From Sumerlaeia bacterium (lineage in GTDB: Bacteria; Sumerlaeota; Sumerlaeia; SLMS01; JAHLLQ01), in NCBI GenBank assembly GCA_040219255.1, contig JAVJSW010000026.1, positions 1-34,300 on the forward strand: a DNA stretch of 34,300 bases. The letters run 5' to 3'. Positions 9,591 through 19,207 of the stretch are shown one piece after another. The translations under genes and the position numbers were made by a program. The notes under the pieces were generated by a model, which saw nothing but the letters and a program-made list of their open reading frames with translations, searched no databases and was not told the origin of the DNA. Numbering within the stretch: position 1 is the stretch's first letter; each line of letters starts with the position of its first letter.

Positions 9591-10766
9591 TCAGGAGGTG
9601 GCGACGGCCCTGGCGAGGGAGCTTTCGTCGCGGTTGAGGAAATCCGGGTAGGGGATGGTCAGGGGAGCGTACTTCATGGCGGGCAGTTCGGTGGCGTGGT
9701 GTTTGAGAACGGGCTCGGCCAGGGTGTATCCGTGGTTTTCGAGGACCGCCGATTCGGCGTAGGTCAGGCCGCTGAGGTCCGCGGGAATCTGAGAAATGAT
9801 CTCTTCGGCAAAGCTTTCCGTGTAGCCACGGGGCTTGTGACCGTTCTGGCCGGGCACGCCGGCGGGCACGGCCGAGAGGGGCAGGTAGAGCACGCGGGAG
9901 CCGCTGCCCATGAGGTCCTGATAGCGGCGTTTGAGAAGTTGATTGTAGAGGACTTGCGAGCAGAGATCGACTTCCCGGGTGCGGGAACTCTTGGTGCGGC
10001 GCTGGAAGGGGGAGCCGCCGTGGATGGCTATGATGACTTTGGCTCCAGCGGTGAGGGCCGGTTCGATGGCCAGCGGGTCCGCGAGGCCTCCGTCGGAGAG
10101 GACGGCGCGGTGCTCGGAAACGCCGCCGCTTTCGCTTTCTTCGCAGACGAGTTCGCCGGGTTCGAATGGGATGGTCATGGGACGAAACTGAGTTGGATGG
10201 CAGCACGAAGCCGCCACGGCGCGCGGCATGGCAGTCCGCGATGTGCCGTGGATCACGGCGCCGTCATCGCGGGAATGGGGGAACCAGCCCGAGCCGGCGC
10301 ATCCCATCCTGTCGCGGCGGAATTCCCAGAGACATCCGCGCGACACATCGGTTGCGAGAAAGGTGAAGCGGGGGGCCAGGGGAAGGTCCATGAGGTCCTG
10401 GGGCGCCAGGTGCTGGGCGAGACGATGGGCCAGGCCATCGCAAAGCGTGCGCTGGCGGGGCAGGTCCTTTTGCGCTTCGCGATACAGATTCATGCCGGCG
10501 AGATTGCGCATGGGAACCACGACGCGATCGTCGAATTCTTTGACCGGCAGAGCTTCGGACGGCCATGCGGCGAGATGATGAGCCATCACCGCGGCGATCA
10601 GACTGCCGCCGGAGGAGGCGTTGATCATGTCGATTTTGGCGAGCAGACCCACTTCGTTGAGGCGGCGCAGCACGCCCAAATGAAAAACCGCCGAGCGCAG
10701 GCCCCCTCCCGAAAGACAGAGCGCTAAACTCGGCGGATTCTTCTTCGATTCTGTTCCTTCAACCAT
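9591..10766 (-). CDS. Patatin-like phospholipase
   Basis: Oxyanion loop LCLSGGGLRS..FHLG, nucleophile ASSGGS, AVAASC and catalytic DGG. Confidence 0.88.
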   Translation of the reverse strand: MVEGTESKKNPPSLALCLSGGGLRSAVFHLGVLRRLNEVGLLAKIDMINASSGGSLIAAVMAHHLAAWPSEALPVKEFDDRVVVPMRNLAGMNLYREAQKDLPRQRTLCDGLAHRLAQHLAPQDLMDLPLAPRFTFLATDVSRGCLWEFRRDRMGCAGSGWFPHSRDDGAVIHGTSRTAMPRAVAASCCHPTQFRPMTIPFEPGELVCEESESGGVSEHRAVLSDGGLADPLAIEPALTAGAKVIIAIHGGSPFQRRTKSSRTREVDLCSQVLYNQLLKRRYQDLMGSGSRVLYLPLSAVPAGVPGQNGHKPRGYTESFAEEIISQIPADLSGLTYAESAVLENHGYTLAEPVLKHHATELPAMKYAPLTIPYPDFLNRDESSLARAVATS

Positions 10767-10860
10767 CAGTCCCGTTTTGCGAACCTTTAACCGTCGACTT
10801 CGAAGACAACGGTAGCCGGAGCGGGGGGCCGGGGGCTAGGAGGATTTCACGATTTCCTCA

Positions 10861-13494
10861 TCATGCCATGGCCCAGCGGACGAGTCCCATCTCGTGCTGG
10901 TGAACCAGGGAGGGGTGTTTGGGAACGACGCGGACGGTGTAGCCGTACTCGCCCGAGTCGGTTTCCTTGAGTTGGCCGCGATAGACGTAGCGGCCATGCT
11001 CGTCCTGGCCATCGGCGCTCATTGGTAGGACGCCGTTGTAGCTGTCCTCGCCACCGGAGTTGGCCAGAGAGGCGATGAAGATTTGCACTTCGACGTCCTT
11101 CGGGCTGATCTCGCCGAGGTCCACGTGGGCGGTCACGCTCAGCGTGTCGTGGACGCGAACGGTCTGGAGGGAGGCGCCATTGGTGGATTCGACGGAGGCC
11201 TGGATGCGGATGCTGGGCCAGCGGCTGCGCATCTTCTCCTTCCAGTCGGCGTTGGCCTTGGCGGTAGCGAATCCGGAGGCGGTGATCTTGGCGTTCCGCT
11301 CGGCTCCCTTGAGGTAGAACTTCGTGGCGTAGTCTTGGACCATGCGGTTGGTGGAATAGAGCGGGGCGCAGGTCTTCATGGACTCGCGGATCACCTGGAG
11401 CCACTCGGCCGGGACGCCCTTGGCGTCGCGGTGGTAGAACATCGGGGCGATGACGTGCTCGATGGTGCGGTAGATGGACTCCGCGTCGGCCTCGTCCTGC
11501 AGGTTCGGATCGTCGTAATGGGTGTCTTCGCCGAGGGCGAAGCCGCACTTCGGATTGATGCGGTATGCTTCGCGCCACCAGCCATCGAGGATCGAGCAGT
11601 TGGTGCCGCCGTTGAGCGGAACCTTCATGCCAGAGGTGCCGGAGGCTTCCAGGGGACGGCGGGGGTTGTTGAGCCAGACGTCGACGCCGGTGACCATGCG
11701 GCGGCAAACGTTCATATCGTAGTTTTCGAGGAAGACGATCTTGTTACGGAAGATCGGGTCCTCGGAGGCCTTGACGATTTCCTTGATGAAGGCCTGGCCG
11801 GGTTTGTCCGCCGGGTGGGCCTTGCCGCTGAAGACCATCTGAACGGGACGGTCCGGATTGTTGAGGATGCGGGCCAGACGGTCGCGGTCGCGCAGGAAGA
11901 GAACGGCGCGTTTGTAGGTGGCGAAGCGACGGGCGAAACCGATGGTGAGGGTCTTGGGATCGAGAACCTTTTGCAGTTCCTTGAGCTGGTCAGGGGACTC
12001 GCCGAAGCGGGAGTGCTGCTGGACGAGGCGGCGCTGCACGAAATCGCGCAGGTCGCTGCGAAGCTTGCTGATGACGGCCCAAAGCTCCTCGTCGGGAACG
12101 CGGTCGATCTGCTTCCACAATTCTTCGTCGGTGATGCGCTCGCGCCAGTCCTCGTCGAAGTAGCGGTCGAGCAGTTCCTGCATGTCGATGGACAGCCAGG
12201 TGCGGGTGTGAATGCCGTTGGTGATGTGATCGATGGGAACTTCGTTGGCGGGCACGTCGGGGAAGATGTGCTGCCACATGTCGCGGCTGACGTGGCCGTG
12301 CAGCTCGGAGACGCCGTTGGCCATGCTGGAGAGGCTGAGCGCCAGGACGGTCATGCTGAAGAGCTGGGCGCCGTCGGGCTGGGCGTCGAGGCCAAGGGCG
12401 AGGAATTCGGAGCGGCTGATGCCGAGGTTTTCCCAGAAGGGGCGGAAGTACTTCTCGATGAGCTGGGGCGGGAAGGCGTCGTTGCCGGCGGGAACGGGGG
12501 TGTGGGTGGTGAAGAGGGAGGTGGAACGGACGACTTCGACGGAGTCGCGGAAGTTGAGACCGTCCTCGTGCATCAGCTCGCGGACTCGCTCGAGGGCGAG
12601 GAAGGAGCTGTGGCCTTCGTTCATGTGGAAAATCTGGGGCTGGTGTCCGGCGGCGCGGAGGGCGCGGACGCCACCGATGCCGAGGAGGACTTCCTGCTGG
12701 ATGCGGTGCTCCTGATCGCCGCCGTAGAGGCGCGATGTGAGGCGGCGATCCAGGTCGCTGTTTTCCGGGATGTCGGTGTCGAGCAGGTGCAGCGCGATGC
12801 GGCCGATCTGGACCTTCCAGACTTTGACGACAAGGGTGCGGCCGGGCAGTTCGACGTGGACGCGGATTTCGCGGCCGGCGGCGTCGAGGGCCGGGGTGAT
12901 CGGCAGGTCTTTCCACTTGAGGGGCGGATAGTAGGCCTGTTGCTGGCCCTGATCGTCGATGCCCTGCATGAAGTAGCCTTCGCGGTAGAGAAGACCGGTG
13001 GCGACGAAGGGGAGGCCGATGTCGGAGGCGCTCTTGAGGTGGTCGCCGGCGAGGATGCCGAGGCCACCGGAGTAGATCGGCAGGGACTCGTGAAGGCCGA
13101 ACTCGGCACTGAAGTAGGCGTAGAGGTGCTTGCTGGCGTCGATGCCCTGCTTCTTGGTTTCGCGCTTGAACCAGGTGTTGGCGCCGCTCATGTATTCGCG
13201 GTATTCTTCCATGACGCGGTTGAAGCTATTGAGGATGTCCTGATCCCGGGAAGCTTCCTCGAGGCGCTTCTGGCCGACGTTGTTCATGAAGCGGACGGGA
13301 TTGCCGTCCACTTTGCGCCAGGTTCCGGGGCAAATGTTGCGGAACAGGGCGCGGACCGAGGGATTCCAGGCCCAGAACAGGTTTTTGGAAAGGTCTTCCA
13401 GGCCCTGGAAGGCGTCGGGAAGCTTCGGCAAAACCCGCAATGTCCCCAGGAACTTGGCGGGGCATTTCATGGGGCTTTCAGATTGATCGTACAT
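10861..13494 (-). CDS. glgP: Alpha-glucan (glycogen) phosphorylase
   Basis: AYFSAEFG, YSGGLGILAGDHLK, HMNEGH, FTTHTPVPAG, GFARRFATYKR and PLP motif EASGTSGMK. Start is 13494 (GGAG RBS) or 13470. Confidence 0.96.
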   Translation of the reverse strand: MYDQSESPMKCPAKFLGTLRVLPKLPDAFQGLEDLSKNLFWAWNPSVRALFRNICPGTWRKVDGNPVRFMNNVGQKRLEEASRDQDILNSFNRVMEEYREYMSGANTWFKRETKKQGIDASKHLYAYFSAEFGLHESLPIYSGGLGILAGDHLKSASDIGLPFVATGLLYREGYFMQGIDDQGQQQAYYPPLKWKDLPITPALDAAGREIRVHVELPGRTLVVKVWKVQIGRIALHLLDTDIPENSDLDRRLTSRLYGGDQEHRIQQEVLLGIGGVRALRAAGHQPQIFHMNEGHSSFLALERVRELMHEDGLNFRDSVEVVRSTSLFTTHTPVPAGNDAFPPQLIEKYFRPFWENLGISRSEFLALGLDAQPDGAQLFSMTVLALSLSSMANGVSELHGHVSRDMWQHIFPDVPANEVPIDHITNGIHTRTWLSIDMQELLDRYFDEDWRERITDEELWKQIDRVPDEELWAVISKLRSDLRDFVQRRLVQQHSRFGESPDQLKELQKVLDPKTLTIGFARRFATYKRAVLFLRDRDRLARILNNPDRPVQMVFSGKAHPADKPGQAFIKEIVKASEDPIFRNKIVFLENYDMNVCRRMVTGVDVWLNNPRRPLEASGTSGMKVPLNGGTNCSILDGWWREAYRINPKCGFALGEDTHYDDPNLQDEADAESIYRTIEHVIAPMFYHRDAKGVPAEWLQVIRESMKTCAPLYSTNRMVQDYATKFYLKGAERNAKITASGFATAKANADWKEKMRSRWPSIRIQASVESTNGASLQTVRVHDTLSVTAHVDLGEISPKDVEVQIFIASLANSGGEDSYNGVLPMSADGQDEHGRYVYRGQLKETDSGEYGYTVRVVPKHPSLVHQHEMGLVRWAMA

Positions 13495-13850
13495 ATCGGG
13501 GTGACACTCCATCTCAATAAGGGACTCACCGATCCGGATCGGCGCCGCGAAGAGAATTGGGAGGGCGGCTGTCGATCCGGTACGGCCCCGTGTCATTATG
13601 TCACTTGGCATGGCCACAGGGTCCGCTCGGAAGGGGCCAAACCAAGCCAAGCGCTCCAAAGCGTTGCAAGTCTAAAGCGGACTGATGACCGAACCCGTTG
13701 GCTTTCAAAGCTTCTTTGCAAGTCAAAAACGCCCTAAGCAACCGCTTGATCGTTTTTCCGGGCAACGAATTGCACCCCGCAGGGAACCCTTCATCGGTTG
13801 CCCGGTCCACGCCGCAGGAGAATCCGGAGCCAAGAAGACCGCTTTGTCCC

Positions 13851-14519
13851 TTACCGGCGAATCGCTTCCGCCTTGATGAGCAGGATTTCCTCGCTCCCTT
13901 CGCCCAGCGACACGCTGGTCCATGCGCGTTGCTCCAGCCTCACTGGCCGACTTGCCACTTCGTCGGCCTGACCCTGACCCCAATGGTGAAGACGGGCCTC
14001 GAAGGGCCGCAGTTCGATCGGGTCGACTGGCGTGGCGGCATTGGGCGTCAGATCGACCGTCAGGGTGCTGCCCTTTTGATCCTCTGATTGACCTTCCTGA
14101 ATCTGGATACTGAAGGAGGCCGATTCGCCTTCGAGGACGGTGATCGTGGGGGAGTTGATGATTCGAACGACGCCGCCTTCCTCGAAGACCTTGAAGTGAT
14201 TGAGGTTCATGTTGGCGGCGCGGTTGAGGAGGGCCTCTTTGACGGCGGCCTTGGCGGCGGCGGGAGCGGCGGGCTGGAGGCGGACGACCCGGAGGTCGAA
14301 GAGAAGCTGGGTCGGTACGGCGAATTCGCCGCCGGAGCGGCGGAATGAGGGGACCGTGCCCAACTCGGCCTCGCGCAGGATCTGCTCGGGCGAGGTGGCG
14401 CCCCGCGCCACGGAGACGACGTCGGCCGATGAGATGAGCGGCCCTTTGCCCCCCCCTCCGCAGCCTGCCAGGAAGAGGGCGGTGAGAATGAAGGAAAAGA
14501 TGGCGAGTCGACGAGTCAT
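13851..14519 (-). CDS. Lipoprotein of unknown function with secretin-like sequence segments
   Basis: Signal peptide with lipobox FLAG|C; GAGGA RBS; segments QLLFDLRVVRL, IINSPTITVLEGESASF and EEILLIKAEAI. Confidence 0.7.
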   Translation of the reverse strand: MTRRLAIFSFILTALFLAGCGGGGKGPLISSADVVSVARGATSPEQILREAELGTVPSFRRSGGEFAVPTQLLFDLRVVRLQPAAPAAAKAAVKEALLNRAANMNLNHFKVFEEGGVVRIINSPTITVLEGESASFSIQIQEGQSEDQKGSTLTVDLTPNAATPVDPIELRPFEARLHHWGQGQADEVASRPVRLEQRAWTSVSLGEGSEEILLIKAEAIRR

Positions 14520-14680
14520 GACCGGAGGTCCTCTTGAACGTGGGGGCTATCGGCGTCCGATGGAATAAGGGCTTCGGACCGGACATGCCAGAGCACCGCC
14601 ACGCCGGTTTGCGGGCAATGGCAAATGGGACGTTCTAGCCGGCGGTGTTTGTCAGCCCGCTGTGGGGCTACGCTTCTTCG

Positions 14681-16861
14681 CTAAAACAAGGGCCATGCGC
14701 CGAGGGACGCCTGCGAGGCGTGCCTTGGGTCGCGCAGCAGCACCGGGCCGAAAAGCGTGGCTTTGCCGTTCGAGTCCCATTCTTCGAGGTAATAGGCGCG
14801 CTCGATGTCCGCTGTCTCCACCGGGACCGGGTCTTCGAAGGCGTAGGATGCTCCGCCGCCGCCGGTTCCCTGGGCGGGGATCAGTTCGGTGTCCAGGGCG
14901 TCCGCCTTGCTCCAGCCGTTGGCGCCGCGGGCGCCGCGATAGAGGCGAAAGCCGAGGCTGTCGATTTCCGCGCCGGTTTTCCAGGTAATCAGGGCGTGCG
15001 TGAAGGGCGGCGGCAGGGTGGCTTCGAAGGTTTCGAGTTCGACCCAGAGGGTGACGCCGAAGAGGTCGAGCGCTTCGCCAAGGGCGGTGATGATATGCTG
15101 CGGTTCCTCGCGCACATCAGGGTCTTGTTCGATGTGGAGGAAACGGCCGCTGGCGCCGCCGGCGGGTGTGTCGCAGGCGTCGGCTTCGGCAACGCCGTTG
15201 GTGATGCGACCCTGGATATTGTTGGTCGCGCCGAGTTCATCGGTCGTGTCGCCAAAGATCGCGGTGGTCGTCAGATCGCCGTTCAGGCTGCCATCATCGG
15301 CGAAGAAGTTCTGGGCGGCGACGCGGTCGGCGAAGAGTTGCACGAGGGAGTTGGCTTGGGGCGCCTGGTCGAAACCGCTTGATGCCACCACATCGTCCGT
15401 CAGGTCTGGGTAGTCCTGCGGGTCTCCAGGGCAGCAGAACCCATGGAACTGGACATGCACCATGTCCGGGTTGGTGGCTTGCAGATGGCGGTGGGTGGCG
15501 TGGAAGAAGTTGTCCTCGAAGTGCGCCACATCGCTGATGCGATAGGGTAGCCCGCCGGAAAAGGTGCCATCGCACAGCGTGGTGCTGGTCGAATTGTTCC
15601 TGTGCGTGCCCGCCACCATGGCGACGCGCGGTTCGAGTTGGGGAATGGCAAGGCCGAGTTGGTTGATCGTCAGGCTGTCGAAAATGGGATGGGGGGCTTG
15701 GAGGCACAAGTCCGGCCGCGTGTCGGGGCCGATGCCGAAAAAGAAAACACCCTGGCCCGTGAAGCCGACATCGCCGGGGGTCTCGATTTCGCGTAGGAGC
15801 ATAAAGGTGATGCCGGAGTCTTCATCGAGGAACTCGACCACTTCATAGCCAAGGGGAATGGCGTCGGCGAAGGCGCCTTCGAATTCGCCCGCCAGCATCC
15901 GTGCGACCAGCGCCTGAAAGGCCGTCTGGTCAACATCGGATGGGGGGATGAAATCGGCAGGCGATTGGTCCTCGCCACGGGCGACGCGGCGGTCGGGGTG
16001 GAAGCTCGAATCCAAATCTCCGGTCCAGGAGGGCAAGTCGTCCGTGATGCGGATCGGAAGGAAGCCATCGGCGGTGGGGACGCGGTCGCTGGGGTTGCCG
16101 AGGCGGGCGTCTTCGCGGGGGATGGCTTGCCAGTTGGCGGCGGTGCGGGGCGTGGCGACCTGGAAGACGCCATTGACGGAGAGGCGGCGGAGCGCTCCCC
16201 CGCCGTAGGTGGTGACGCCGGAGAAGCCGGTGAAATCGACGGCGGCGGCCTGGTACTCGGCGGTGTTGGCGATGGCGTCGGTACCGGCCCAGGCCAAGTC
16301 CGTCAGGTCGATACCGTAATCCGCGGTGGGCGCGGTAAAGGCGGCCATATCCTCGCGCGAGTCGGAACTGATCGCGTCCCCGGAATCGTACCACGCCACG
16401 AAATCCAGCGGCACCCCGGCGGCGTCGAGCAGCACGAGTTGTTCGTCGGTGTTGCCGAGGTAGCTGGAGGCGTTGGTGGCCTGGGGCGAATTGATCCGCA
16501 GGCCGTAGTTCGTCTGGATGAAGGTGGCGTTGGCGACGACCGTGGAGTCGACAAACTGAACGACGGCGAATTCGCCGGGCTGGAGTTCCGGCAGGTTGAG
16601 CGCGGGCGGGGCGAAGGTGCCTTCGGAGAGCAGGTCGGACTCGGAGCTGGCGGGATCGAGATCCGACAGGACGAAGCCTGTCAAATCCACCGCCCCGTTT
16701 CCGGCGTTGAAGAGTTCGACGGTGTCGCCGCGGACATCGACGGTGGTGACGCCGGGAAGGACCTCGGTGATGAGAATCTGGGCCAAAGCCCCGGCGGGCG
16801 CCAGGGTACCAGCGATTGCCAGGGCGAATGCGCCCCAGCGGGTTGTAAGTGATTGTGTCAT
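14681..16861 (-). CDS. Exported modular protein: lamin-tail domain, putative metallohydrolase domain and C-terminal Ig/Fn3-like domain
   Basis: Signal peptide ending ALA|Q; lamin-tail motifs ILITEV..DTVELFN..VDLTGFVLSD; His-rich motifs APHP, SDVAH, QFHGF, FLHIEQ; C-terminal VELETFEA..ITWKT..GFRLYR..YYLEEWD domain. Start set at MTQSL (16861). Confidence 0.75.
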   Translation of the reverse strand: MTQSLTTRWGAFALAIAGTLAPAGALAQILITEVLPGVTTVDVRGDTVELFNAGNGAVDLTGFVLSDLDPASSESDLLSEGTFAPPALNLPELQPGEFAVVQFVDSTVVANATFIQTNYGLRINSPQATNASSYLGNTDEQLVLLDAAGVPLDFVAWYDSGDAISSDSREDMAAFTAPTADYGIDLTDLAWAGTDAIANTAEYQAAAVDFTGFSGVTTYGGGALRRLSVNGVFQVATPRTAANWQAIPREDARLGNPSDRVPTADGFLPIRITDDLPSWTGDLDSSFHPDRRVARGEDQSPADFIPPSDVDQTAFQALVARMLAGEFEGAFADAIPLGYEVVEFLDEDSGITFMLLREIETPGDVGFTGQGVFFFGIGPDTRPDLCLQAPHPIFDSLTINQLGLAIPQLEPRVAMVAGTHRNNSTSTTLCDGTFSGGLPYRISDVAHFEDNFFHATHRHLQATNPDMVHVQFHGFCCPGDPQDYPDLTDDVVASSGFDQAPQANSLVQLFADRVAAQNFFADDGSLNGDLTTTAIFGDTTDELGATNNIQGRITNGVAEADACDTPAGGASGRFLHIEQDPDVREEPQHIITALGEALDLFGVTLWVELETFEATLPPPFTHALITWKTGAEIDSLGFRLYRGARGANGWSKADALDTELIPAQGTGGGGASYAFEDPVPVETADIERAYYLEEWDSNGKATLFGPVLLRDPRHASQASLGAWPLF

Positions 16862-17101
16862 TGTAGGAGTCAGCGAATCGAGTATAATATCGGTTGGGAT
16901 CAATGGGCCGTTCACGGTATTGTGAAGGGGCTGGCCAGACTCTACCGGCCTTCGTGATTTCGAAATCGATGGGAAAGATTGGGGCTCGCCGGGTTGGACC
17001 GTCACGCCTTTTTTTCGCGGAATCGACATCCAGACCGGGAATAATCCCCCATCTTCGATCGTAGAATCCCCATCTGACCCTCCCCCGAAAGGAGCGCCTC
17101 C

Positions 17102-17725
17102 ATGGCCCCGACCATCGCCCGCCCCGCCTTCTGGATCGCCGTCATGCTCTCCCTTGTTCTGGTCGGCGGAATGGTGGCCGTCAGTGCCATCGCGTGGAAT
17201 CACGTTCCCGCCACCGTGCCGACGCACTGGAACGCTCAGGGCCAGCCCGATGGCTTTGGCAGCCGGGCGATGGGTCTGCTGATGACGCCTGTGCTCGGGG
17301 CGTTCTTCGCCCTGCTGATGGGGGTGATCGCCCTTTTCGAGCCCAAGAAGGAGTACTTCCGGCCCAACCTGCGCGGATACGCCATGCTCTGGATTTCCAT
17401 GGTGGCGTTCTGCGCCGCGCTCCATGGCTTTCTGGTGGCGACCTATCTGGGCTTCTTCCTGCCGTTCAACGCCGTGCTGTTGACTTTGATCGGGGGGCTC
17501 TACACGGCCATCGGTCTCTCCGCCTGGCACATGCACAGCGACCCGCGAAGCCGGAAGGTCCAGCGCCTGGTATCGATCTGCTTCGCCTGCTTTGGTCCGG
17601 TGTTGATGGCGTTGGCGTGGGTTCTGCCGCCGACGGCCGGGATTGTCGTCATGATTGTTGGTACGATCTTGATTTCGCTCGGGTTGGTCATTTTCGTCGC
17701 GATTAACGAGTCCATCGCGACTTAG
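17102..17725 (+). CDS. DUF1648/SdpI-like membrane protein
   Basis: VPATVPTHWNAQGQPDGFGS after the first TM helix; about six TM segments; AAGGAG RBS. Confidence 0.85.
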   Translation: MAPTIARPAFWIAVMLSLVLVGGMVAVSAIAWNHVPATVPTHWNAQGQPDGFGSRAMGLLMTPVLGAFFALLMGVIALFEPKKEYFRPNLRGYAMLWISMVAFCAALHGFLVATYLGFFLPFNAVLLTLIGGLYTAIGLSAWHMHSDPRSRKVQRLVSICFACFGPVLMALAWVLPPTAGIVVMIVGTILISLGLVIFVAINESIAT

Positions 17726-19059
17726 CTTTCCAGCCGATCGAGCAACGCCCGGTCGCCCGCCGGCAGCGTCGCCCAGGCGATCTGCTGGGACGCGCGTTCG
17801 ACCGGCGGTTGCCACCGGTCGCGCACCCGCAGCCAATCCAGCACCGGCGCCAGCGTCGCCTCGTAAGTGACGCGCTCAAGGTAGGCGCGGCCCTTGCGCT
17901 GGAGCGCCCGGCGCTTCTGCACGGAAAAGCCCACCGCCTCGCGCAGCGCCGCCACGGTCAATTCGCCGTCCGACGGGTCCGCCGCCAGAACCAGGCCCTC
18001 CGCCGCGAGGTCGGCGGCCACCTCGGCGCGGACGCTCGCGACCGTCGGCAACCCCCATCGCGCGAACGCCAACAGCCGATTGCGCGATCCGAGCCGCGAT
18101 TCCGCAATGGGCCGGTCGAGCAGCAGCGCCGCCCGCGCGTGAGCCAGCAGCGCCGCCTCGTCCGCGTCCCCGGGAGCGAGAGCGACCACCCGGTCCGACT
18201 CGCCCAGGGCCTCGTTGAAGGTGCGGCAGACCGGTCCCGCGATGCCGCGCGCGGGGCCGCCTCGGATGACGACCCAGGCCTCGGGTTCGTCCTCGAGCAG
18301 CCGCCGCAGCGCCGCCCCCATTTCCCGCGCGGCGAGCCAAGGCGTCCAACTGCCCCCCACGAACACGAAGGGCGTTTCCGGCGCAAGCCCCCGCTCCGCA
18401 AGGGCCTCCGGGAAATCCGGGTCGGGCTGTTTGGCTTCGGCCCAGGAGGCCGGCACGGCGCACGGCACGCAGTGAATGCGTGCCTCGGGCCCCGGGTCCG
18501 CCGCTCCGCCCCAACGCCCCAGGAGAAGGAGTTGGCCCAGGAGCGCGTCGCGTTGGCGTTCGCTGACGGTGGAGAAGGCGTCGGCGCGCAGAAGGGTTTC
18601 GCGCATCAGCTTCCAGACCTGATCGCGTCGCGGGTGGTTCTCGGAGGCCGGGGAATTGGGCGCCGTTTCCTCGCCGTGGAGTTCCGCCAACGGGTCGCCG
18701 AAGAGGTCGCTCCAGGCTGGGCGCCGGAGCGCCTCGCCCAGCATCGCCGCCGCCGCCGCCGGCATCAACGACCCCACCCCCAGCACCGCGTCCACCCGCC
18801 CCGCCAACGGCCCGAGGCCCTTGGCGAGCCGCCCAGGCGATTCGAACACGTCGGGCGTCGCGCGAAACGCGCGCATGCCGCCGGGCAGGCGAAACGCCTT
18901 TTCGGCCCGCGCCTCGCACAGCCCCACCACCACCTCGAACCCCGCGGCGCGCAGGGGCTCGGCGAATTGCCGCACCCGAATCCCCGGCCCGCTCACCCCC
19001 GCCCCCGGTTCCGTGGGGTAAGGGCCGAGGCCGAGGAGGAGAAGGAGGGGGGCGGGCAT
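17722..19059 (-). CDS. Putative glycosyltransferase (GT-B fold, family 4-like)
   Basis: SGPGIRVRQFA..L...G.EV, WSDLFGDP, ADAFSTVSERQR and SRNRLLAFARWGLPTVAS. Start set at 19059. Confidence 0.65.
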   Translation of the reverse strand: MPAPLLLLLGLGPYPTEPGAGVSGPGIRVRQFAEPLRAAGFEVVVGLCEARAEKAFRLPGGMRAFRATPDVFESPGRLAKGLGPLAGRVDAVLGVGSLMPAAAAAMLGEALRRPAWSDLFGDPLAELHGEETAPNSPASENHPRRDQVWKLMRETLLRADAFSTVSERQRDALLGQLLLLGRWGGAADPGPEARIHCVPCAVPASWAEAKQPDPDFPEALAERGLAPETPFVFVGGSWTPWLAAREMGAALRRLLEDEPEAWVVIRGGPARGIAGPVCRTFNEALGESDRVVALAPGDADEAALLAHARAALLLDRPIAESRLGSRNRLLAFARWGLPTVASVRAEVAADLAAEGLVLAADPSDGELTVAALREAVGFSVQKRRALQRKGRAYLERVTYEATLAPVLDWLRVRDRWQPPVERASQQIAWATLPAGDRALLDRLES

Positions 19060-19207
19060 TTTTACGGTGTCCGGGCGGGGTAAATCAACCGGGACAGTTG
19101 GCGGCGGAGGGGCGTGCGGGGGCAAGGCGGAAGGGTTGAAGGCTGGAGTCGGCCCTTCGCGGCGAATTCGAGGTGTAGGACTTCGATGAGGGATAAACTT
19201 GGGATGT

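Noticed and set aside
9586-10206. Apparent 207-aa N-terminal extension of threonine aldolase
   Set aside because: Arg/Pro-rich off-frame reading of the patatin gene; the aldolase domain begins just after 9585.
9591-10766. Patatin as a CBASS or other defence effector
   Set aside because: No nucleotide cyclase or other defence gene nearby; it sits among metabolic genes.
11083-13737. 884-aa plus-strand ORF
   Set aside because: Antisense shadow of glgP.
17102-17725. SdpI-like gene as part of a toxin-immunity system
   Set aside because: No SdpABC toxin genes or SdpR/ArsR regulator adjacent; it appears to be an orphan.
16862-17836. Extension making the lamin-tail protein 1051 aa
   Set aside because: It is antisense to the DUF1648 gene and crosses the intergenic region; the signal peptide starts at 16861.
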